Shown piece by piece: positions 26,517-32,136 of a stretch of 32,136 nt of DNA. The notes beneath the pieces were generated by a model. The model was not told where the DNA came from. It did not search any database and saw only the letters and a list, made by a program, of their open reading frames with translations. The position numbers were made by a program, and so were the translations under genes. The DNA is from a virus (taxonomy: Duplodnaviria; Caudoviricetes), in the IMG/VR virus record IMGVR_UViG_3300016476_000090, positions 1-32,136 of that record; one strand, given 5' to 3'. Each line of letters starts with the position of its first letter. The stretch's first letter is position 1.

Positions 26517-26878
26517 TGGGACGAATGAAAGAAACTCTGTGGAACACAGCCATCCCTCCACAGACAAGTGTGGAAGCCATTGAGCAATACATGGAGAACT
26601 ATCGTGATGCACAACGAGCTTCTGTTGATGACACACTGGAGCAACGAGGCAACCGCTATGGTGACTATCGCAATGTTGCTGGCTTGTCTCAAGAGCTCAA
26701 AGCTGTGATGCAACGCAGTGAAAACTGGTATAAGCTTGAGCCTTTCATGCAAGAGAGCTTGCACATGATGGCTAACAAGCTGGCAAGGATTCTCTCAGGG
26801 GATCCTTATTATGATGACTCGTGGCATGACATTGCTGGTTATGCTACACTTGTGGTTAAACAACTGGACAAAAAATGA
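26516..26878 (+). CDS. DUF6378-like phage protein
   Basis: TLEQRGNRYGD, KLARIL, DSWHDIAGYATL. Confidence 0.7.
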   Translation: MGRMKETLWNTAIPPQTSVEAIEQYMENYRDAQRASVDDTLEQRGNRYGDYRNVAGLSQELKAVMQRSENWYKLEPFMQESLHMMANKLARILSGDPYYDDSWHDIAGYATLVVKQLDKK

Positions 26879-28593
26879 ACCTCTACCTCGACATTGAAAC
26901 AAACAAAAAGCACAACAAAATCTGGTGTTGTTTCACATGGGACGAGAAGAATGGAAGCGTATGTCACACCGAGCCAGATACACTGATTCCCTTAATCGCA
27001 AACTCAGACAAAGTGATCGCACACAACTTAATCGGATTCGATGCAGTAGTGTTGAGGAACTGCTGGAAAGTTTCGATACCAGCAAGGAAGGCGATAGATA
27101 CCTTAACACTCTCTCGTCTATACAATCCAAGTTTAGAAGGAGGCCACAGTTTGGAGGCGTGGGGGAAGAGGCTAGGAAACAACAAGATTGATTATCCTCA
27201 AGCCTTCTTTGACAAGTGGGCTCCTCAGTTTCCTGACGGGCTTTTGCCTAGTGACCTCAATTGTTGGGACACACCAGACACAGAGCTGATGTTCCCCTAC
27301 TGTGAGCAGGATGTGGCTTTGTTGGTTGATGTGCATAAGCACCTGATGGGACTTCTTAAAGACTTCTCTGAGGAGAGCATTGAGCTGGAGCATCAGGTTG
27401 CCATCATCATTCAGAAGCAGAAGGAGCATGGCTTTAGGCTTGACATTCCAAAGGCTCAGGGCTTGATGGCTACGCTCCAAGGCAAGATGGTTGACATTGA
27501 GGCAGAGCTACAGAAGGTGTTCCCTCCCGTCATTGAGAAGCGAGTGTCTGAGAAAACAGGCAAGCCTCTGAAGGACAAGGTGGTCATCTTCAATCCTGGC
27601 TCTAGACAACAAATTGCTGAGAGGCTTTCTTCTATCGGTGTTGTCTTCACCAAGAAGACAGAGAAGGGAAGCATCATCGTAGATGAGAAGGTTCTTGAAG
27701 GCATTGATAAACCAGAGGCTAAGCTCCTCTCTGAATACCTCATGCTTCAAAAGCGTGTGGCTCAGATAGGTTCTTGGCTAGAAGTTGTAGATGATGGAGG
27801 ACGGGTGCATGGGAGCGTTATCACCAATGGTGCTGTAACAGGACGCATGACTCATAGCAATCCAAATATGGCACAAGTCCCCAATTCTGGGAGCCCATAT
27901 GGTAAAGATTGTAGAGATTTGTGGATTGTGGACATGGATAATGTTCTTGTGGGTGCTGACGCTAGTGGCTTAGAGCTACGGATGTTGGCTCATTACATGA
28001 AGGATGAAGCGTATGTCAAAACAGTTTGTGAGGGAAGCTCAAAGGATGGAACGGATGTTCACACCATCAACCAAAAGGCTGCGGGGTTACCGACTAGAGA
28101 TGATGCGAAAACATTCATCTATGCGTTCCTCTATGGTGCGGGGCCGTCGAAGATCGGCTCCATCGTTGGTGGTGACGCTTCTGAAGGAACCAAGCTTATC
28201 AACAAGTTTCTTTCCGCAACTCCCTCGTTGCAGACGCTACGCAACTTGGTTGCCAAGTATGCGAACAAGGGTTTTGTCCCAGGCTTGGATGGTCGCAAGA
28301 TATGGGTGCGCTCTGAACACTCCGCCCTTAATACGCTTCTTCAAGGAGCTGGTGCAATTGTTATGAAGAAAGCCCTTGTGCTCCTAGACGCTAAGCTTAG
28401 GAAACACAAGGTGTGGTATGGCTTCTGTGCTAATGTGCATGACGAGTGGCAGATCGAAACAAAGCCAGAGAATGCTGAGCTTGTTGGCTCCCTCGCTGTG
28501 CAAAGCATTAAGGAAGCTGGAGAACATTTCAAACTGAGGTGTCCTCTGTCTGGTGAATATAGCATTGGGAAATCATGGAAGGACACCCACTGA
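26875..28593 (+). CDS. Family A DNA polymerase (T7 gp5-like) with 3'-5' exonuclease
   Basis: DIET, AHNLIGFD, YCEQDV, TGRMTHSNPN, motif A DASGLELR, motif B RDDAKTFIYAFLYG, motif C VHDE. Confidence 0.97.
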   Translation: MNLYLDIETNKKHNKIWCCFTWDEKNGSVCHTEPDTLIPLIANSDKVIAHNLIGFDAVVLRNCWKVSIPARKAIDTLTLSRLYNPSLEGGHSLEAWGKRLGNNKIDYPQAFFDKWAPQFPDGLLPSDLNCWDTPDTELMFPYCEQDVALLVDVHKHLMGLLKDFSEESIELEHQVAIIIQKQKEHGFRLDIPKAQGLMATLQGKMVDIEAELQKVFPPVIEKRVSEKTGKPLKDKVVIFNPGSRQQIAERLSSIGVVFTKKTEKGSIIVDEKVLEGIDKPEAKLLSEYLMLQKRVAQIGSWLEVVDDGGRVHGSVITNGAVTGRMTHSNPNMAQVPNSGSPYGKDCRDLWIVDMDNVLVGADASGLELRMLAHYMKDEAYVKTVCEGSSKDGTDVHTINQKAAGLPTRDDAKTFIYAFLYGAGPSKIGSIVGGDASEGTKLINKFLSATPSLQTLRNLVAKYANKGFVPGLDGRKIWVRSEHSALNTLLQGAGAIVMKKALVLLDAKLRKHKVWYGFCANVHDEWQIETKPENAELVGSLAVQSIKEAGEHFKLRCPLSGEYSIGKSWKDTH

Positions 28594-28793
28594 TGGATAA
28601 TAGAGATAAGCTTATCGAGCTCATTGAAGAGAGCGATACAAGTGTTTACCTATTCGTCAAAGACGGACAGGTGACTATGGTGCTAGGGCAAGACTCTAGC
28701 GTAGACTACCTTGTTGAGCTGTTTGGGTATGTCACTGCGAGGATTCTTTTGAATCCCTCTCTTGACAACACTCCCCCAAATATGCTACAATAA
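28593..28793 (+). CDS. Hypothetical protein
   Basis: 66 aa from ATG 28593 (TGATG coupling). Confidence 0.55.
   Translation: MDNRDKLIELIEESDTSVYLFVKDGQVTMVLGQDSSVDYLVELFGYVTARILLNPSLDNTPPNMLQ
28762..28791 (+). promoter_or_regulatory. sigma70-type promoter upstream of SSB
   Basis: TTGACA-18 nt-TACAAT with a TG extended -10. Confidence 0.7.
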
Positions 28794-28821
28794 TTGTTCA
28801 ATGTTTTAAAAGGAAACACAA

Positions 28822-29265
28822 ATGAAAGCACAAGTTAAAGTCGTTGGTAAACTGTTCTGGGCTAAACACATGGCTGAGCCCAATCGACAGTTCAATGAGA
28901 CTAACAACAAATATGAGATTTGCATTGGCGATCTGTCTGACTCTGTTGTTACCCGCTTGGTCAATGAGCTGGGCATTAAGGTGAAACAGAAAGCAGATGA
29001 CTCTTATGGTCGTGGTAAATACATTGTTGCCAAGAGCAACTATGTCATTAAGGCTGTTGATGAGAAAGGAAACGAGATTGCTCCTGACCAGATTGGTAAC
29101 GGCACTGTTGCTGAATGCACCATCAGTAGCTACACCCATAAGCTATCTGCTATGCATGGCAATGGTGTTAGCATCCTGCATTCCAGCAATGTCCCTGCCC
29201 TGAAGATTAAGGAGCTTGTGTCTCCTCCTGTGCAGGAAGAACAAGAAGCTGAAGTGACCTTGTGA
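28822..29265 (+). CDS. Probable single-stranded DNA-binding protein (gp2.5-like)
   Basis: 147 aa between polymerase and exonuclease; GKLFWA, IGNGT, acidic C-terminus. Confidence 0.65.
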   Translation: MKAQVKVVGKLFWAKHMAEPNRQFNETNNKYEICIGDLSDSVVTRLVNELGIKVKQKADDSYGRGKYIVAKSNYVIKAVDEKGNEIAPDQIGNGTVAECTISSYTHKLSAMHGNGVSILHSSNVPALKIKELVSPPVQEEQEAEVTL

Positions 29266-29960
29266 TTGCACTAGTGGACGGCGATGTGATGTGCTATCGC
29301 ATTGCGTTCGCTTGTAAGGAGGATTCTGAGGGAGTGGCTATCTCAACGATGGCTGCTTTCTTAGAGGAAATCCTGATGGTTGACCTTGGGCTGAATGACT
29401 GGCAAATCTTCTTAACTGGTAAAACAAACTACAGGAAAGAGATTGCTGTCACAGCCCCCTATAAAGGGAATCGTCCACAAGAGAAGCCAGCACATCTGGA
29501 GCTCCTGCGTAACTACCTAGTTACCGCATGGGGTGCAATAATGAGCGAAGGTGAGGAAGCTGATGACTGCATTGCAATTAAGGCAACCGAGCTTGGAGAT
29601 GATGCAATCATTGTCTCTGTTGATAAAGACTTCAATCAGGTGCAAGGATGGCATTACAATTTTGTGAAGAAAGAAAAGAGCTATGTCTCCGCAGAGGAAG
29701 GACTCCGATTCTTCTACAAGCAAATACTGATGGGAGACAAGGCAGACAACATTGTAGGCATCAAGGGTGTGGGCCCAGTGAAAGCAGAGAAGATGCTTGC
29801 CAAGGCTACAACAGAACAAGAGATGCTTGCCGTTTGCTTGGAGGCTCTGGGCAAAGAACGAACACTTGAGAATGGAAGGTTGTTATGGCTACGAAGACAT
29901 CACCAACAGATGTGGGACTTCCCTCAAGCTTCCAACTTGCAGGGTGTGAGTGGACAGTAA
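29262..29960 (+). CDS. 5'-3' exonuclease / RNase H (T7 gp6-like)
   Basis: LVDGD, YKGNR, EADD, DKD, GDKADNIVGIKGVGPVKA. Confidence 0.92.
   Translation: MIALVDGDVMCYRIAFACKEDSEGVAISTMAAFLEEILMVDLGLNDWQIFLTGKTNYRKEIAVTAPYKGNRPQEKPAHLELLRNYLVTAWGAIMSEGEEADDCIAIKATELGDDAIIVSVDKDFNQVQGWHYNFVKKEKSYVSAEEGLRFFYKQILMGDKADNIVGIKGVGPVKAEKMLAKATTEQEMLAVCLEALGKERTLENGRLLWLRRHHQQMWDFPQASNLQGVSGQ
29509..29524. promoter_or_regulatory. GTAACT-N4-AGTTAC palindrome, perfect copy inside the exonuclease gene
   Basis: GTAACT ACCT AGTTAC. Confidence 0.7.
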
Positions 29961-30178
29961 AGATTGTTCCAGAGCTTCACGAGATGGGGCTCTGTGATCC
30001 AAGCAAGTATGAGATAAGCATCAGGGCTGGTATGAACTTACAAGCCACTGAAGCCACTTTCTTTCACGAGCTTGTTCATGCAATTAAGTTTGTAATGGGG
30101 GAAACAGATCATAGCGAAAAAGAAGTTGAAGGATTCGGAAACCTCCTCCACCAATGGATTATTACGAGTAAGGTATAA
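29885..30178 (+). CDS. Small HExxH metallopeptidase-like protein (start uncertain)
   Basis: FFHELVHAIK with downstream HSEKEVE. Confidence 0.6.
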   Translation: MATKTSPTDVGLPSSFQLAGCEWTVKIVPELHEMGLCDPSKYEISIRAGMNLQATEATFFHELVHAIKFVMGETDHSEKEVEGFGNLLHQWIITSKV

Positions 30179-30542
30179 CGACAGCGAGTGGACTCCTGCA
30201 AGGTTTAAAAGCTTTATCACCTCTGCCCTACGCACAGCGACACGCAAATGGCCTCCTAAATACAAGGCATTAAAGGAAGCTTGCATAGGGAGGAAGGTTA
30301 ATAAAGCAACCAATAAAATGGCATACCATTACAGGTGTGCTCATTGCAGAAACCAGTTTGTCCAGAAGGATGTTCAGGTAGACCACATTGCCCCTGTTGT
30401 TGACCCTCGTATGGGCTTTGAAGGATGGGACATCTTCATTGACAGGATGTTCTGTGAGAAGGATAATTTACAGGTGCTGTGTAAGACCTGTCACTCAGTG
30501 AAGACACAGCTTGAGAAACAAGAAAGGACAAAGCGTGGCTAA
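30126..30542 (+). CDS. HNH endonuclease-like protein (start uncertain)
   Basis: CAHC, VQVDHIAPV, NLQVLCKTCHSVKT. Confidence 0.8.
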   Translation: MKDSETSSTNGLLRVRYNDSEWTPARFKSFITSALRTATRKWPPKYKALKEACIGRKVNKATNKMAYHYRCAHCRNQFVQKDVQVDHIAPVVDPRMGFEGWDIFIDRMFCEKDNLQVLCKTCHSVKTQLEKQERTKRG

Positions 30543-30804
30543 GAAAGAGAAAGAACAATGGTATGTGTTCTTGACTAACTATTGGGTTCCCTTCCCTACA
30601 TCAGAGTATGGAGGCTTACAGGCTGTTGTTGCTCGTAATGCTCAAGAAGCTGCTACCTTCTTAGAAGAACAAGCTTTCTCATGGGAACTCAGTAGCATCA
30701 ACAACGCACGAGAGCTCATTGAGGCGAGGCTCAGACGAGCAACAGTGCTTCCTCTGGCTGAGGAATATGAGAATGCTTTCATTGCTAAGGAGTTTACAAC
30801 ATGA
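30535..30804 (+). CDS. Hypothetical protein
   Basis: About 89 aa from GTG 30535 (track start 30511); ATGA coupling downstream. Confidence 0.6.
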   Translation: MAKKEKEQWYVFLTNYWVPFPTSEYGGLQAVVARNAQEAATFLEEQAFSWELSSINNARELIEARLRRATVLPLAEEYENAFIAKEFTT

Positions 30805-31085
30805 AGATTGAGCTGGTTTGTTGGAAAGAAAACGAGGACGGCTCTGCTAACTTCACTATAGATGTAGACGAAGAAGGCAAAGACCTGTTGTTCAGAGTGG
30901 CTATCAAGACTTTGATTACTGAAGCTATTAACAATACAAAAGAGTGGGAGGTTAACGATGACAGTGAAACTGGTGTGGTCAACGCCAAATGGGGAGGAGC
31001 TGATAGCAAAGATGGCGAGGGTGAGCAACCCAGCGAATCAGGACAACAAGACAACAGCACCAAAGCTTCTCAAGTATCTGGTTAA
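30801..31085 (+). CDS. Hypothetical protein whose 3' part overlaps thyX
   Basis: AGGAG RBS and ATGA coupling; ENEDGSA motif. Confidence 0.55.
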   Translation: MKIELVCWKENEDGSANFTIDVDEEGKDLLFRVAIKTLITEAINNTKEWEVNDDSETGVVNAKWGGADSKDGEGEQPSESGQQDNSTKASQVSG

Positions 31086-31581
31086 GAACCAGCACTGGAG
31101 TCCTTTTGAGATGGTCAATGTCTGCATGGAGATTGAAACAACCAGAGACATTGCTCGTCAAATCCTGAGACACAGGAGCTTTAGCTTCCAAGAGTTCTCT
31201 CAGAGATATGCAGTTGCTCAGGGATTCATCTTGAGTGAGTGTCGCTTACAGGACTATGAGAACAGACAGAACAGCATTGAGACAGACAATGGTGAACTTC
31301 ATCAGCTCTGGATAGATGCTCAGCATGATGTTGTAGCTCTTGCTGATAGGCATTACAAGAAGATGCTTGATCGTGGTATTGCTAAAGAGGTGGCTAGAAA
31401 GATTCTTCCTGAAGGCTTAACCATCAGCAATATGTACATGAATGGAACCTTGCGTAGCTGGCTTCATTACATCAACTTGCGCTGTGACAAAGCAACACAG
31501 AAAGAACACCGCTTGATTGCAGAACAATGTCGTGATATAATCTATGGCTTGTTCCCCTCAATCAAGGAAGTAACTCAGTAG
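30958..31581 (+). CDS. thyX: FAD-dependent thymidylate synthase
   Basis: HWSPFEM, RQILRHRSFSFQEFSQRY, AKEVARKILP, TQKEHR. Confidence 0.96.
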   Translation: MTVKLVWSTPNGEELIAKMARVSNPANQDNKTTAPKLLKYLVKNQHWSPFEMVNVCMEIETTRDIARQILRHRSFSFQEFSQRYAVAQGFILSECRLQDYENRQNSIETDNGELHQLWIDAQHDVVALADRHYKKMLDRGIAKEVARKILPEGLTISNMYMNGTLRSWLHYINLRCDKATQKEHRLIAEQCRDIIYGLFPSIKEVTQ

Positions 31582-31585
31582 TTAC
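31570..31585. promoter_or_regulatory. GTAACT-N4-AGTTAC palindrome, perfect copy over the thyX stop
   Basis: GTAACT CAGT AGTTAC, 3 nt before the tRNA. Confidence 0.8.
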
Positions 31586-31588
31586 CTT

Positions 31589-31665
31589 ATGCCCTTAGCT
31601 CAGTTGGATAGAGCATGAGATTTCTAATCTCACGGTCAGAGGTTCGAATCCTCTAGGGCATACCA
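31589..31665 (+). tRNA. tRNA-Arg(UCU)
   Basis: Acceptor ATGCCCT/AGGGCAT, D arm GCTC/GAGC, anticodon arm TGAGA-TTTCTAA-TCTCA, T arm AGAGG-TTCGAAT-CCTCT, encoded CCA. Confidence 0.95.
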
Positions 31666-31683
31666 AACATTTAAAGGAAAAAC

Positions 31684-31926
31684 ATGAAACGATTTCAATT
31701 TAGCTTTGAAGAAATTGACTATGAGAACCCCATTCACGACAGACCCCTAAGCGCAGAGCTCTCTGTTCATCTCCCTGATGAATCTACTTGGGTTGAAGCG
31801 TTAAGCTTCTTTGCTTCCTTCTTAGAGGGCATTGGTTATGTTGATGTCCGAAAGAAGCTGGAAGAAAAAGGAGTGGTTGAAGACTTAACTTATGGAGTGT
31901 GGGATGAGACACCTAGTAATTCCTGA
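31684..31926 (+). CDS. Hypothetical acidic protein
   Basis: 80 aa with AAGGA RBS. Confidence 0.7.
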   Translation: MKRFQFSFEEIDYENPIHDRPLSAELSVHLPDESTWVEALSFFASFLEGIGYVDVRKKLEEKGVVEDLTYGVWDETPSNS

Positions 31927-32136
31927 CACACAGTGCAAACCTGGGCACAGCTTTGAACACCTCAAGTGGGTAGGCAAGTATGCTGCTGAGAAGAAGCCTG
32001 ATGTCATTGTCCATCTGGGCGATCATTGGGATATGCCTAGCCTGTCCATCTATGATGTAGGCAAGAAGAGCTTTGAGGGTCGTACCTACCAAGCTGACAT
32101 TGAAGCTGGCAGACAGGGCATGGAAGCCCTTCTAGC
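31904..32136 (+). CDS. Calcineurin-like metallophosphoesterase, partial
   Basis: MRHLVIPDTQCKPG...PDVIVHLGDHWDMPSLS; open to the window end. Confidence 0.85.
   Translation, partial: MRHLVIPDTQCKPGHSFEHLKWVGKYAAEKKPDVIVHLGDHWDMPSLSIYDVGKKSFEGRTYQADIEAGRQGMEALL

Noticed and set aside
5086-31585. Palindrome copies as a CRISPR array, Ter sites or terminators
   Set aside because: Dispersed rather than regularly spaced; GTAACT lacks the upstream TGTT core of Tus-Ter sites; the 6-bp AT-rich stem has no U-tract
31589-31665. tRNA as a prophage attachment site
   Set aside because: Flanked by phage genes on both sides, with no integrase or duplicated 3' end in the window

Overview
A 32-kb piece of a lytic, podovirus-like dsDNA phage genome with two divergent arms. 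The minus-strand arm (1-17379) is morphogenesis and lysis: terS, terL, portal, a fibre cassette, scaffold, major capsid, holin/endolysin, small basic proteins, tail and ejection proteins. The plus-strand arm (18123-end) is early and replication genes: GP88-like, NinX-like, short C5-methyltransferase-like, T7-type primase-helicase, family A polymerase, SSB, exonuclease, HNH, ThyX, tRNA-Arg(UCU) and a partial metallophosphoesterase. No RNA polymerase or integrase is visible, and five near-consensus sigma70 promoters are present. The strongest unexplained signal is a 16-bp gapped palindrome, GTAACT-N4-AGTTAC, with 10 perfect and 3 one-mismatch copies across both arms, in leaders, over stop codons and inside genes. 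No obvious cognate binding protein is in the window. Other notable items are three tandem DnaA boxes between the arms, repeated G-U-rich hairpin leaders between early genes, a one-base frameshift splitting a fibre gene, and a stand-alone Xre/MbcA/ParS-like antitoxin domain. All family calls come from motif recognition by eye; no database search was run.
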